Source of the DNA: an uncultured Clostridia bacterium
Lineage (GTDB): Bacteria; Bacillota; Clostridia; TANB77; CAG-508
Direction of reading: 5' to 3'
Assembly (NCBI GenBank): GCA_963557965.1
Contig: CAUWEX010000005.1
Location: forward strand, 1,062 to 65,061
DNA: 64,000 nucleotides
Under the pieces are notes generated by a model, which was not told the origin of the DNA, made no database searches, and saw nothing but the letters and a program-made list of their open reading frames with translations. Position 1 is the stretch's first letter; every line of letters starts with the position of its first letter. Position numbers and translations under genes: made by a program. Below are positions 34,221 to 45,550 of this stretch, one piece after another.

Positions 34221-36302
34221 ATGGCAGGTAGAGAATACCCACTAGAAAGAACTAGAAATATAGGAATTATGGCCCATATAGACGCGGGAAAAACTACAAC
34301 AACAGAAAGAATTTTGTTCTATACAGGTAAAGTTCACAAAATAGGAGAAACACACGAAGGTGCAGCAACTATGGACTGGATGGCTCAAGAACAAGAAAGA
34401 GGTATTACAATTACTTCAGCTGCTACAACATGTTTCTGGAATAACAATAGAATTAACATTATTGATACTCCTGGACACGTTGACTTTACAGTAGAAGTTC
34501 AAAGATCTCTAAGAGTATTAGACGGTTCTGTTACAGTATTAGCTGCAAGAGGTGGAGTTCAACCACAAACAGAAACAGTTTGGAGACAAGCTGATAAATA
34601 CAATGTACCAAGAATGGTATATGTAAATAAAATGGATATCACAGGAGCAAACTTTATGCTTTGTGTTGACCAATTAAAGAATAGACTTCATGCAAATGCT
34701 ATTCCTATTCAATTACCAATAGGTGCTGAAGATAATTTCCAAGGAATTGTCGATTTAATCAAAATGAAAGCATTTATTCACAAAGATGATTTAGGAAAAG
34801 ATGTTGAAGAATGCGATATCCCAGCAGACATGAAGGAAGATGCAGAAAAATTTAGAACTCAAATGATTGAAGCCGTTGCTGAACAAGATGAAGAATTAAT
34901 GATGAAATATCTTGAAGGGGAAGAATTAACAGAGGAAGAAATCAAAAAAGGACTACGTAGAGGAACAATTGCCAATACAATAGTACCTGTAACATGTGGT
35001 TCTTCTTACAAAAACAAAGGTGTTCAAGAATTATTAGATGCAATCGTTGACTTTATGCCATCACCAATAGACATACCTCACATTAAAGGTACTGACTTAG
35101 ATGGAAACGAAGTAGAAGTTAAAACTTCTGACAAAGAACCATTTGCAGCTTTAGCATTTAAAATTGCAACAGACCCATTTGTTGGAAAATTATGCTTCTT
35201 TAGAGTATATTCAGGAACATTAGAAACAGGTTCAACTGTATTAAACTCTAACAAAGATAAAAAAGAAAGAATTGGTAGAATTCTACAAATGCATTCAAAT
35301 CACAGACAAGATATTGAAAAAGTATATGCAGGAGATATTGCTGCAGCTGTTGGTATAAAAAATGTTACAACAGGAGATACTTTATGTGATATGGATCACC
35401 CGGTTGTATTAGAACAAATGGAATTCCCAGATCCAGTTATAGATATAGCTATTGAGCCAAAAGACAAAGTAGCTCAAGAAAAAATGGGAATCGCATTAAG
35501 CAAATTAGCTGAAGAAGATCCAACATTTAAAGTTCACACAAATCATGAAACAGGACAAACAATTATAGCAGGTATGGGTGAATTACACTTAGATATAATT
35601 GTTGACCGTTTAAAAAGAGAATTTAAAGTTGAATGTAATGTAGGTAAACCACAAGTTGCTTACAAAGAAACAATTAGAGAAAAAGTAAGAGTTCAAGGTA
35701 AATTTATTCGTCAATCTGGTGGTAAAGGACAATATGGTGATGTTTGGTTTGAAATGGAACCATTAGAACCAGGTAAAGGAATTGAATTCGAAAGCAAAAT
35801 TGTTGGAGGAGCTGTTCCTAAAGAATATGTTAAACCAATTGAACAAGGTATGAGAGAAGCTGCTGAAACAGGTATCTTAGCTGGTTACCCAGTTACAGAC
35901 TTCAAAGTTTCATTAGTTGATGGTTCATACCACGAAGTTGACTCTTCAGAAATGGCCTTCAAAATAGCTGCTGCTATGGCATTTAAAGAAGGTATGAAAC
36001 AAGGTAAAGCAGTTATATTAGAGCCAATTATGAAAGTTGAAATCGTAGTACCAGAAGAATATATGGGAGACGTTATAGGAGATGTAAACTCAAGACGTGG
36101 TAGACTAGAAGGAATGGAAAATGTAGATGGAACACAAGAAATTCATTCATTTATCCCACTTTCTGAAATGTTTGGTTATGCAACTGAACTTCGTTCTAGA
36201 ACACAAGGTAGAGGAACATACTCTATGGAACCTTCTCATTATGAAGAAGTTCCAAAATCAGTATTTGAAGCTATAGTTGCTTCAAGAACTAAAAAAGACT
36301 AA
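34221..36302 (+). CDS. fusA: Elongation factor G
   Basis: [30 protein letters not shown]. Confidence 0.99.
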   Translation: MAGREYPLERTRNIGIMAHIDAGKTTTTERILFYTGKVHKIGETHEGAATMDWMAQEQERGITITSAATTCFWNNNRINIIDTPGHVDFTVEVQRSLRVLDGSVTVLAARGGVQPQTETVWRQADKYNVPRMVYVNKMDITGANFMLCVDQLKNRLHANAIPIQLPIGAEDNFQGIVDLIKMKAFIHKDDLGKDVEECDIPADMKEDAEKFRTQMIEAVAEQDEELMMKYLEGEELTEEEIKKGLRRGTIANTIVPVTCGSSYKNKGVQELLDAIVDFMPSPIDIPHIKGTDLDGNEVEVKTSDKEPFAALAFKIATDPFVGKLCFFRVYSGTLETGSTVLNSNKDKKERIGRILQMHSNHRQDIEKVYAGDIAAAVGIKNVTTGDTLCDMDHPVVLEQMEFPDPVIDIAIEPKDKVAQEKMGIALSKLAEEDPTFKVHTNHETGQTIIAGMGELHLDIIVDRLKREFKVECNVGKPQVAYKETIREKVRVQGKFIRQSGGKGQYGDVWFEMEPLEPGKGIEFESKIVGGAVPKEYVKPIEQGMREAAETGILAGYPVTDFKVSLVDGSYHEVDSSEMAFKIAAAMAFKEGMKQGKAVILEPIMKVEIVVPEEYMGDVIGDVNSRRGRLEGMENVDGTQEIHSFIPLSEMFGYATELRSRTQGRGTYSMEPSHYEEVPKSVFEAIVASRTKKD

Positions 36303-36437
36303 TATCATTTACAGGAATTTCACTGTAAAAGCTTGCATTTTTTACAGAAATGTTATAAAATGCTAGTGCAACAAAGTTATTAAATTTAATTATATAAATA
36401 GCTAACTAGAAGCTAGAAAAAAAGGAGGAATTTAAAA

Positions 36438-37640
36438 ATGGCAAAAGCAAAATTTGAAAGAACAAAGCCACACGTTAATATCGGAACAATTGGTCATGTT
36501 GACCACGGTAAAACAACAACAACAGCTGCTATTACAAAATATTTATCATTATTAGGAAAAGCTAAATTTGAAGCATACGATCAAATCGACGGTGCTCCAG
36601 AAGAAAAAGCTAGAGGTATTACAATTAATACAGCTCACGTTGAATATGAAACAGACAACAGACACTATGCACACGTTGACTGTCCAGGACACGCTGACTA
36701 TGTTAAAAACATGATCACAGGTGCTGCACAAATGGATGGTGCTATCTTAGTTGTTTCAGCAGCTGATGGACCAATGCCACAAACAAGAGAACATATCTTA
36801 CTTGCTAGACAAGTTGGTGTTAAATATATTGTTGTATATTTAAACAAATGTGATATGGTTGACGATCCAGAACTATTAGAATTAGTAGAAATGGAAGTTA
36901 GAGATTTATTATCAGAATATGGATTCCCAGGAGATGAAATTCCAATTATAAAAGGATCTTCATTAAAAGTATTAGAATCAACATCAACAGATCCTAATGA
37001 TCCAGTATATGCACCAATCAAAGAATTAATGGCTGAAGTTGATAGTTATATTCCAACACCAGAAAGACCAGTTGACCAACCATTCTTAATGCCAGTTGAA
37101 GACGTATTCACAATCACAGGTCGTGGTACAGTTGCAACAGGTAGAGTAGAAAGAGGAGAAATCAAATTACAAGACGAAGTTGAAATCATTGGTTTAACAA
37201 CAGAAAGAAAGAAAACTGTTGTAACAGGAGTAGAAATGTTTAGAAAACTATTAGACCAAGCAGAAGCAGGAGATAACATCGGAGTACTTCTACGTGGTAT
37301 TGATAGAAAAGAAATAGAAAGAGGTCAAGTTCTTTGTAAACCAGGAACAATTAATCCACATACAAAATTCACATCTGAAGTTTATGTATTAACTAAAGAT
37401 GAAGGTGGACGTCATACACCATTCTTTAATGGATACAGACCACAATTCTACTTCAGAACAACAGACGTTACAGGAGTTATCGAATTACCAGCAGGAACAG
37501 AAATGGTTATGCCTGGAGATAACGTATCTATGACAATCGAATTAATTACACCTATCGCTATCGAAAAAGGATTAAGATTTGCTATCCGTGAAGGTGGTAG
37601 AACAGTTGGTTCAGGAGTTGTAGCTGATATTATCGAATAA
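36438..37640 (+). CDS. tuf: Elongation factor Tu
   Basis: [26 protein letters not shown]. Confidence 0.99.
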   Translation: MAKAKFERTKPHVNIGTIGHVDHGKTTTTAAITKYLSLLGKAKFEAYDQIDGAPEEKARGITINTAHVEYETDNRHYAHVDCPGHADYVKNMITGAAQMDGAILVVSAADGPMPQTREHILLARQVGVKYIVVYLNKCDMVDDPELLELVEMEVRDLLSEYGFPGDEIPIIKGSSLKVLESTSTDPNDPVYAPIKELMAEVDSYIPTPERPVDQPFLMPVEDVFTITGRGTVATGRVERGEIKLQDEVEIIGLTTERKKTVVTGVEMFRKLLDQAEAGDNIGVLLRGIDRKEIERGQVLCKPGTINPHTKFTSEVYVLTKDEGGRHTPFFNGYRPQFYFRTTDVTGVIELPAGTEMVMPGDNVSMTIELITPIAIEKGLRFAIREGGRTVGSGVVADIIE

Positions 37641-37651
37641 TATTAGAATAA

Positions 37652-37690
37652 TAGTAAAAAGAAACACTTAAATGGTGTTTCTTTTTTACT
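37652..37690 (+). terminator. Terminator of the str operon
   Basis: AGTAAAAAGAAACAC-TTAAATG-GTGTTTCTTTTTTACT. Confidence 0.85.
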
Positions 37691-37714
37691 ATGGAATAAT
37701 AAAGAGCGTTATTG

Positions 37715-37743
37715 TTTACAATTATGTAAATTTGTGGTATAAT
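37715..37743 (+). promoter_or_regulatory. sigma-A promoter of GC-rich orphan 1, with overlapping palindrome
   Basis: TTTACA-17-TATAAT with extended TG; TTTACA-N4-TGTAAA inverted repeat. Confidence 0.7.
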
Positions 37744-37788
37744 ATTATTATGCTGCAATAAGGCAGCTGTTAGTAGAAAGGCAGAACA

Positions 37789-38298
37789 ATGCTAGAAAAA
37801 GACTACGAACAGACAGAACTTGTGGTTCTGTTGCTCGACAGGCTCGTTGAGAAGCGAGCAGAGGAGTTGTGCAAAGAGCACTACAAGTGGGAGGCTATCG
37901 ATCAGGTGTATGGACAGCTACACATGGAAGAGCGGTGCGGAGCAGAGAAAGCGTTGGGAGAACAGAACAAAGCTCACGCCGACGAATATCGGAAGATGGC
38001 AGACCTGCTACTTCGGATTCCATACGGAAAGGCTGCTTTATCTAAGCGAGATGTTGAGACTTTTGACAAGCTGATTACATTCTATGTTGATGACTTCTCT
38101 CGTCTCAGAGATGAAGAGACGGCTCGGATTAGAGCTCTTAAGCTTGTAAATGCGGACGAAAATTTTAGCAAGGTCCAAGCTTCAAAAAACATCTACCTTG
38201 AGACCAGGCAAGAACTCGGAGAGAAAGAGCAATACTTCCGAGCAGGTGTGAGCTGGCTCTCTAGTTTGAAGCTCGAACTTGAGAGTTCTGAGGAATAA
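37789..38298 (+). CDS. GC-rich orphan helical protein (169 aa)
   Basis: Open frame with RBS GAAAGG. Hand-counted 60-nt lines are 42-52% GC, far above the flanks. Has its own promoter and terminator. Confidence 0.75.
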   Translation: MLEKDYEQTELVVLLLDRLVEKRAEELCKEHYKWEAIDQVYGQLHMEERCGAEKALGEQNKAHADEYRKMADLLLRIPYGKAALSKRDVETFDKLITFYVDDFSRLRDEETARIRALKLVNADENFSKVQASKNIYLETRQELGEKEQYFRAGVSWLSSLKLELESSEE

Positions 38299-38330
38299 CG
38301 AAGAGCTTGCCTCTTGAAAGCGATTCTGCC

Positions 38331-38366
38331 AAGGTACCAGTTTTATTTAGACTGGTACCTTTTTTT
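38331..38366 (+). terminator. Intrinsic terminator of orphan 1
   Basis: AAGGTACCAGT...ACTGGTACCTTTTTTT. Confidence 0.88.
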
Positions 38367-38496
38367 GTGAAATATAATTAAGAGACCTTTTTTATTATTT
38401 TAAAGCCAAAAACACTTGCAATTTTAATAAAAGCATAATAAAATAAGTATATTATAAATAAAATTAAATAATACCAATAAAAATGGAGGAATCAAC

Positions 38497-39543
38497 ATGA
38501 AAATTATACTAGATGCCATGGGGGGAGATAACGCGCCAGATGCTAATATCAAAGGGGCAGTAAATGCTATAAATAAAGTAAAAGCTGAAGTTGTATTAGT
38601 TGGAAAAGAAGAAATAATAAGAAGCAAAGTCAAAGAATTCTATGGAAAAGAAATTGAAGAGATATCAGATAGATTAAAAATAAAAAATGCTACTGAGACA
38701 ATAGAGATGGAAGATACTCCAACAGTTGCAATAAAACACAAAAAAGATTCATCAATGGTAGTAGGGTTTAAAATGCTTAAAGAGGATGAAGGAGATGTAT
38801 TTATTTCCGCTGGAAATTCAGGAGCATTACTTACAGGAGCAACTTTAATTGTTGGAAGAATTAAAGGAATAGATAGACCTGCGTTAGCAGGGATACTACC
38901 AGCATACAAAAGTCAATTACTACTAATTGATGCAGGTTCTAATACAAACTGTAAACCAATTAATTTACTACAATTTGCACAAATGTCTAGTATTTATTTA
39001 AAAAATACATATGGAATAGAAAAACCTGCAATAGGCTTGCTAAATATAGGGACAGAAGAAACTAAAGGGAATGAATTAGTTAGAGAAAGCTATCAATTAT
39101 TAAAAGAAAAATCAGAAGAACTAGGGATAAATTTTGTAGGAAATGTGGAAGGAAGAGATGCATTTTCAGGAAAAATACATGCAATTGTAACAGACGGTTT
39201 TACAGGAAATGTATTTTTAAAAACTACAGAAGGACTAGGAAAATTTGTGAAAAAATCTTTAACAGAAAGTTTTACTAAAAATATTTTGGCAAAGATTTTA
39301 TCTATTCCTGCATTACCAGCATTAAAAAGATTTACAAAAGTAATGGACTATAAATCATATGGAGGAGCACTATTCTTAGGAGTAAAAAAACCAGTGGTAA
39401 AAGCTCATGGAAGTAGTGATGCATTGCTTTTCGAATATACAATAATTCAAGCAGAAAAATTTGTAGAAAATAAAGCAGTAGACAAAATGAAAGAAGAATT
39501 TGAAAAACAAAGAGAAAAAGAGAAAAAACAAGAAAATAAATAG
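38497..39543 (+). CDS. plsX: Phosphate acyltransferase PlsX
   Basis: DAMGGDNAP, SAGNSGA, DGFTGNVFLK, KAHGSS. Confidence 0.97.
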   Translation: MKIILDAMGGDNAPDANIKGAVNAINKVKAEVVLVGKEEIIRSKVKEFYGKEIEEISDRLKIKNATETIEMEDTPTVAIKHKKDSSMVVGFKMLKEDEGDVFISAGNSGALLTGATLIVGRIKGIDRPALAGILPAYKSQLLLIDAGSNTNCKPINLLQFAQMSSIYLKNTYGIEKPAIGLLNIGTEETKGNELVRESYQLLKEKSEELGINFVGNVEGRDAFSGKIHAIVTDGFTGNVFLKTTEGLGKFVKKSLTESFTKNILAKILSIPALPALKRFTKVMDYKSYGGALFLGVKKPVVKAHGSSDALLFEYTIIQAEKFVENKAVDKMKEEFEKQREKEKKQENK

Positions 39544-39701
39544 AGTATAAATTGGAAAAGTGCTAATATTAATAATTCTGACCTGATAGTATAAATTTAT
39601 AAAAAAACATCATTAAGGCTTGACAAAAATCAAAACATATAATATAAATGTGATAGCAAATATAACATTTGTAAACTTGAGAGGAGGTGAACTCAAAGGC
39701 A

Positions 39702-39944
39702 ATGAGTTCAGAAGAAGTTTTAGAAAAAGTAAAAGGAATAATTGTTGAACAATTAGGAGTTTCAGAAAGTGCTGTTACCATGGAAGCATCTTTTATAGAT
39801 GATTTAGGAGCTGATTCACTAGATATCGTTGAATTAGTTATGGCATTGGAGGAAGAATTTGATATAGAAATTCCTGACAGCGATGCTGAAAAAGTTGTAA
39901 CAGTAGGAGACGTAGTAGACTACATAAAGGAAAATGTAAAATAA
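39702..39944 (+). CDS. acpP: Acyl carrier protein
   Basis: [12 protein letters not shown] phosphopantetheine site; start 39702 (or GTG 39687). Confidence 0.97.
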   Translation: MSSEEVLEKVKGIIVEQLGVSESAVTMEASFIDDLGADSLDIVELVMALEEEFDIEIPDSDAEKVVTVGDVVDYIKENVK

Positions 39945-40018
39945 TTAGATTACCTATGACACTATAAAAGTGCATAGGTTTTTTCTATATATAAATAAAC
40001 CCCAAGAAAGGGGTTTGC

Positions 40019-41218
40019 TCATATAAAATCATTTAATATATAACAATAGTTTTTAAAGAAATTAGTAAAATAAAATATAATATCTTTTTTTTGAATTTCA
40101 TTAATTGAAACTAAATTACCACCAGAAATTACAATATCTCCAGCACATACTTCATAACTACCCAAAATAGTATCAGCCACAATAGGTGCTGGAACAGATT
40201 GAGAGATATTAAATTTTATATTAAGAAAAGAAATATCATTTTTGTTTATAGGAATAATAGGATAGTTAATGGGGGCATATGTAATATTTAAGTTATTAGA
40301 TTTACCTTTTATAATATCAAATGTATTTTTATCACTTTTTTTCCATTCTAAAAGACTTTTTTCTATAATCTCTTCAATATTAACATATTGAAAATTATCA
40401 AAGCAGTAATTTATAAGATTGATACTATCTTGCCCTCTAAATTTTTTCGTGTCGCATCCAAGTACTACACAAATTACATCCATTCCATTACGCTTGCATG
40501 CGGTTACTAAACATCTATTAGCTCCATTTGTAAAGCCGGTTTTAACGCCATATAGCCCATCTACAATACCTAGTAGTTCATTAGTATTAGTTATAGCTTT
40601 GGGATATCCATTAATAGTTACAGTATATACTTTTGTGTTTACAATTTTACGAAATTGTTCATTTTGGAGGGCATAATCTGTAATCAATGCTAATTCATAA
40701 GCAGTTGTATAATGACCATCAGAATCTAGCCCATGAGGCGTTTCAAAATGGGTATTATTTAAGCCTAGTTCTTTTGCTTTTTCATTCATGCAATTACAAA
40801 ATTCGTGTATACTACCTGATAGATATTCAGCCAAAGCAACAGCGGCGTCATTGCCTGAGCAAAGTAATAAACCATAGAGTAGGTCGTGAACAGTAATCTT
40901 ATCATTTATCTTTAATCCTAATCGAGAACCGCCGGTATTTGCCGCTTTTTTAGAAATATTGACAATATCATTTAAATTACAATGTTCTAAAATAACAATG
41001 GCGCTCATTATTTTAGTGGTTGATGCCATTTTTACTTTTGAATATTCATTTTTTCCAATTAAAACTTTTTTACTTTTTCTATCTAAAACAATATATGAAC
41101 GAGCATTAATATTAAGTTTTTTATTAGAAGCATAGGTGTTGTTGTGTATGTTCAAACAAAAAATTAAACATAGACATATTAAAAGGAAGTTTTTTAGTTT
41201 TAAAAAATTTTTAAACAT
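40019..41218 (-). CDS. D-alanyl-D-alanine carboxypeptidase (peptidase S11)
   Basis: Signal peptide, ASTTK (SxxK), SGN, KTG; start codon uncertain (41218 or 41251). Confidence 0.93.
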   Translation of the reverse strand: MFKNFLKLKNFLLICLCLIFCLNIHNNTYASNKKLNINARSYIVLDRKSKKVLIGKNEYSKVKMASTTKIMSAIVILEHCNLNDIVNISKKAANTGGSRLGLKINDKITVHDLLYGLLLCSGNDAAVALAEYLSGSIHEFCNCMNEKAKELGLNNTHFETPHGLDSDGHYTTAYELALITDYALQNEQFRKIVNTKVYTVTINGYPKAITNTNELLGIVDGLYGVKTGFTNGANRCLVTACKRNGMDVICVVLGCDTKKFRGQDSINLINYCFDNFQYVNIEEIIEKSLLEWKKSDKNTFDIIKGKSNNLNITYAPINYPIIPINKNDISFLNIKFNISQSVPAPIVADTILGSYEVCAGDIVISGGNLVSINEIQKKDIIFYFTNFFKNYCYILNDFI

Positions 41219-41518
41219 AATATCACCATTAAAAATATATGAAAAATACATTAGAAATATGAAAAAAACTCTAAATATACGGCGATAAGGAATACAGCTA
41301 CAAATTCACATAAAATATTGATTTTGTAGTAAAAATGTAATATAATTGTAATGTGGGGTAAAAATTCTATTAAAAATTGTAAAGCCTACTTCCGTAGGGG
41401 GATTAGAGGACAAATAATAAAAGCTTTAAATATAGAAAAAATATCCTGTTGACTAATACGCAAAATATAGTAAAATATAGACAGTAAGACTATTTAAAAA
41501 AGTAAAGGAGAGAAAAAA

Positions 41519-44500
41519 ATGAAACAGAAAAAAATCTTAGTCTCAATAGTAATACTAGTATCAATGCTATTATTATCTATAATAGCTCCAAGTGTATATG
41601 CTGCAACAGCTACAACACCATTGTATTTAGGTATTACTGAACTTAGGAAAAACGATACTCCTAATTTTGGATATGCTATAGGTGATCCAAATACAAACGG
41701 AGAAACAGGAAATGCCGCTAAACTTTGGAATATATTAGAATATACAAGTGCGGCAGAAGATGCACAAGAAAAAGCAAATGGAAGTAAAAATATTTACTGT
41801 GTTAAAGCAGGTGTAGGATTTAGTAACACACATAGACGTGCAACTTATAATGTCTTTTTTGATATGAAAACAGAAAGAGAACAAATTAAGGCACAAAACG
41901 AAACATTAAAAAGTATTGTAGAAGGAACAATATCTGTTGATGGAGGAAAAACTATAAGTAAATATGATGCTTTACTTGCATTATCAGATAGACTATATCT
42001 TATTGATGATAAAAATGACAATGCAGTGAAGGTTGAATTCTTGAAAAATGCAGGAATTACAGAGGAAGCATATGACTATCTATTAACTAGAGACGATATT
42101 GCTGCTGTTCAGCAAGCTGCGATTTGGTATTTCACTAATTACGGAGAAGAAAATAATAAATACGACAAAACAGGAAATACAGGTTGGCTAAACTACACAA
42201 CAGATGGAGTTAAATATACAAGTTTAGGCGATTATAATTTAGGAACGAACGAAGGTCGTCAAAGACAAGAACAAGCCGAAATACTATATAATTATTTAAT
42301 TAAAACTGCAAAAGACAATGCCAATAATTATTCAAATTCAACAACTTCAACAGGAGCTCCAGTAAAATTGACAACAAAAACATTAAATTATGAAGAAGCT
42401 GAAGGAAAATATATAGTAGGACCAATTCATATTGACAAAACAGAAGGAAATTCTAATCCATATACAATTGATTTTGCTGTAAAAAATGGAGATTTAGCAA
42501 TAAACGATTATAAATTATTGAATAGCAATAAAGTAGAAGTAATGCAAGGCACGACAGTTAAAGACCTTGTAGGTCAAGATTTCTATGTTTCAGTGCCAAA
42601 AGATGGCGTAACGCAAATTTCTGTTTCAATTAAAATAAATTATGACGATACAAAACTTACTTTGTGGGCGTCAACAACTAACAACAAAGAACAACCCGTT
42701 ATGATACCTGAAAAGAAACCGGAATCAGAAGAAGTAACATTAACTGTAAAGCCAAATGAAAAAGCATTTGATTTAGCTTTAAGAAAATATATAACAAAAT
42801 TAAATGGAAAAGAATTAACAGGAGCAAATGCTAGAGTTCCTAACATAGATGAGGCAACATTAAATGGTGGAACAACAGCAACATATAAACATAAAAAAGA
42901 CCCTGTAATAGTAAAAACAGGCGATACAGTTACATATAAACTTACAATATATAATGAAGGTAATGCTCAAGGACGAGCTACAAAACTTGTAGACCAATTG
43001 CCAACAGGATTAAAATTTAGCAAAGTAGTCAGTGGAAATTTTGAACTAGACACATATGTTGAAAATACAAATACATTAAACTTAAAAAGAAAAGCTGGAA
43101 ATATAGATAACCTAGCTGGATATACAACAGGAAACTTAGCATCAGAAACTATAGAAATTGAGTGTACAGTTGAAGCAAAACCAGATACAACGAATAGTAA
43201 GATACTAACTAATGTTGCATGGATAGCAGAAGAAGTAAATGCAGAAACAAATGTAACAATAACAAATCAAAAAGGTTTAGATAGAGATTCAGAACCATCA
43301 ACAAAGCCAGCTGTAGATAAAGACAATATGTCAAATTATACAGGAAATGGTAATAAAGAAGACTTAAGTGATAAAGATTATTATTATAAAGGACAACAAG
43401 ATGATGATGACTTTGAAAAATTAATTTTAATGCCAGAATCTTTTGACTTGAAATTAATAAAAAGGATTGTTGCGGTAAATGACCAAAATGTACCAGAAAG
43501 AATTGAAAAAGTAGATGTTAGTAAGTTAAACACTTTAGACGAAAAAGGAAATTTAATTACAACAGGTAATTACACATTAAACAAAGAACCTGTTGGAGTA
43601 AAAAAAGGTGATATAGTAACATATACATTTAGAATTTATAACGAAGGTACAATAGATGGATATGCTTCAGAAATAACAGAAGATGTTCCAGATGGCTTGG
43701 AATTTATGTGGTCTGAAAAAGAAGGCGAAGAACTTAAAAATGACAAAAACTTAACAGACGAAGAAAAAGAAGCTATAGAATTTAACCAAAAATATTTATG
43801 GAGTAAATTTAAATATAATGACAGTAAAGATAAAATAGTACAAATATCTTCAAGTTATTTATCAAAAGAAAACGAAACAACAATTGGAGGAAACTTAATT
43901 CCTGCATTTGGAAGTAATGATGGAACAAAAACTGAGAAAGATATTCATTACAAAGAAATCTCAGTAAAATTTAAAGTAACATCAGAAAATATAGGAACAG
44001 TAATAAGAAACGAAGCATGTATATCAGCAGATACTGATGCAAATGGAAAAGATGTAACAGATAGAGATTCAGATCCTGATAAATGGGTTAAATATGAAGA
44101 TGACGAAGACTTTGATAATATCATATTACAATCATTTGACTTAGCTTTAAGAAAATTCATTGTAGCAGTAAGTAGTGATGAGAAAATAGAAAATTCAGAA
44201 TATTTAAAAAATGCTGACGGTTCATATAAAAGAGCACCAGTTGTTGATACATCAAAATTAAATACAAATGATGAAACCGGAAAACTAATAACAACAGCTA
44301 TATATAACCATACAAAAGAGCCAGTACTAGTAAAACAAAATGACATGGTAGTGTATATGCTAAGAGTTTACAATGAGGGAGATGTAAATGGTTATGCATC
44401 AGAAATAAAAGACCACTTACCTCCATACTTAGAATTTGTAGACAATGAATATAACAAAAAATATGGATGGGAAGTATCAGAAGATGGTAGAACAGTAACA

Positions 44501-45433
44501 ACCAAATATTTAGCAGATAGTCTAGTAAAAAAAGCAGAAAAAGATAAAGATGGAAAATATGTATTATCATATGTAGAAGTTCCAATCATGTGCAGAGTAT
44601 CTGAAAAGGCAAAAACAAGTGAAAATATTACTAATATAGCAGATATAACAGAATACAAAGATGAAAACAAAAACATTGCTACAGATAGAGATTCACAGTC
44701 AAACAATGTTAAATTACCATCAGATGATAAGTTACCAACATACAAAGATGACGAAAAAGGAGAATATGTTCCAGGTCAACAAGATGATGATGACTTTGAA
44801 AAAGTGATTGTAAAAATATTCGACTTAAGCTTAAGAAAATGGGTAACACAAGCAATAGTAACAGATAAAAATGGTACAGTAATTACAGAAACAGGACATC
44901 AACCATATGATGACCCAGAAGAAATAGTAAAAGTAGACTTACATAGGAAAAATATTAAAGATGTAACAGTTAAATTTAGATATTCAATTCGTGTAACAAA
45001 TGAAGGAGAAATTGCAGGATATGCAAAAGAAGTAACAGACTATATTCCAGAAGGATTAAAATTCTTAGCAAAAGATAATCCAGGATGGACAGATGAAGGA
45101 AACAATGTGATTTCAACAACATTATTAGCAGATAAACTATTACAACCAGGAGAATATGCAGAAGTAGAAGTTGTATTAACATGGATAAATAGTGAAGACA
45201 ATATGGGACTAAAAGTAAATACAGCGGAAATATCAAAAGATTACAACGACTATGATGTACCAGATATAGATTCAACACCAGACAATAAAAAACCAGGAGA
45301 AGATGATATAGATGACGCACCAGTTATGCTATCAGTTGCAACAGGTGCAGCTAAGACATATTTTACATTAGGAGGAATTATACTAATTACATTAGCAGGA
45401 GGAATAATCTTAATTAAAAAATACATCTTATAA
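41519..45433 (+). CDS. Cell-surface adhesin with Cys-Gln thioester domain and four Ig-like repeats
   Basis: Signal peptide; IYCVKAG and VQQAAIWYFT thioester motifs; four repeats beginning FDLxL(R/K); C-terminal VATG + TM + KK. Confidence 0.8.
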   Translation: MKQKKILVSIVILVSMLLLSIIAPSVYAATATTPLYLGITELRKNDTPNFGYAIGDPNTNGETGNAAKLWNILEYTSAAEDAQEKANGSKNIYCVKAGVGFSNTHRRATYNVFFDMKTEREQIKAQNETLKSIVEGTISVDGGKTISKYDALLALSDRLYLIDDKNDNAVKVEFLKNAGITEEAYDYLLTRDDIAAVQQAAIWYFTNYGEENNKYDKTGNTGWLNYTTDGVKYTSLGDYNLGTNEGRQRQEQAEILYNYLIKTAKDNANNYSNSTTSTGAPVKLTTKTLNYEEAEGKYIVGPIHIDKTEGNSNPYTIDFAVKNGDLAINDYKLLNSNKVEVMQGTTVKDLVGQDFYVSVPKDGVTQISVSIKINYDDTKLTLWASTTNNKEQPVMIPEKKPESEEVTLTVKPNEKAFDLALRKYITKLNGKELTGANARVPNIDEATLNGGTTATYKHKKDPVIVKTGDTVTYKLTIYNEGNAQGRATKLVDQLPTGLKFSKVVSGNFELDTYVENTNTLNLKRKAGNIDNLAGYTTGNLASETIEIECTVEAKPDTTNSKILTNVAWIAEEVNAETNVTITNQKGLDRDSEPSTKPAVDKDNMSNYTGNGNKEDLSDKDYYYKGQQDDDDFEKLILMPESFDLKLIKRIVAVNDQNVPERIEKVDVSKLNTLDEKGNLITTGNYTLNKEPVGVKKGDIVTYTFRIYNEGTIDGYASEITEDVPDGLEFMWSEKEGEELKNDKNLTDEEKEAIEFNQKYLWSKFKYNDSKDKIVQISSSYLSKENETTIGGNLIPAFGSNDGTKTEKDIHYKEISVKFKVTSENIGTVIRNEACISADTDANGKDVTDRDSDPDKWVKYEDDEDFDNIILQSFDLALRKFIVAVSSDEKIENSEYLKNADGSYKRAPVVDTSKLNTNDETGKLITTAIYNHTKEPVLVKQNDMVVYMLRVYNEGDVNGYASEIKDHLPPYLEFVDNEYNKKYGWEVSEDGRTVTTKYLADSLVKKAEKDKDGKYVLSYVEVPIMCRVSEKAKTSENITNIADITEYKDENKNIATDRDSQSNNVKLPSDDKLPTYKDDEKGEYVPGQQDDDDFEKVIVKIFDLSLRKWVTQAIVTDKNGTVITETGHQPYDDPEEIVKVDLHRKNIKDVTVKFRYSIRVTNEGEIAGYAKEVTDYIPEGLKFLAKDNPGWTDEGNNVISTTLLADKLLQPGEYAEVEVVLTWINSEDNMGLKVNTAEISKDYNDYDVPDIDSTPDNKKPGEDDIDDAPVMLSVATGAAKTYFTLGGIILITLAGGIILIKKYIL

Positions 45434-45443
45434 TAGATAAATG

Positions 45444-45480
45444 ATGAGACAATGAGGGATATCAACCCCTTGTCTCATTT
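45444..45480 (+). terminator. Hairpin (REP-like/terminator) after the adhesin
   Basis: ATGAGACAA...TTGTCTCATTTTT. Confidence 0.6.
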
Positions 45481-45550
45481 TTATGAAATAAAGTTGATAA
45501 ATTTTTAATCTTGTAGTAAAATATAAGTGCTTAAGGAAGGAAGGATATAG

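Noticed and set aside
37820-38074. 84-aa alternative-frame ORF inside GC-rich orphan 1
   Set aside because: No RBS, and longer secondary frames are expected at higher GC.
41380-41415. GC-rich patch upstream of the adhesin as a c-di-GMP riboswitch
   Set aside because: Only a 5-bp hairpin (CCTAC/GTAGG), with no GEMM consensus.
43390-44805. Repeated DNA CAACAAGATGATGATGACTTTGAAAAA as a DGR template/variable pair or mobile repeat
   Set aside because: Explained by the internal protein domain repeats of the adhesin; no reverse transcriptase is present and no adenine-specific pattern was evident.
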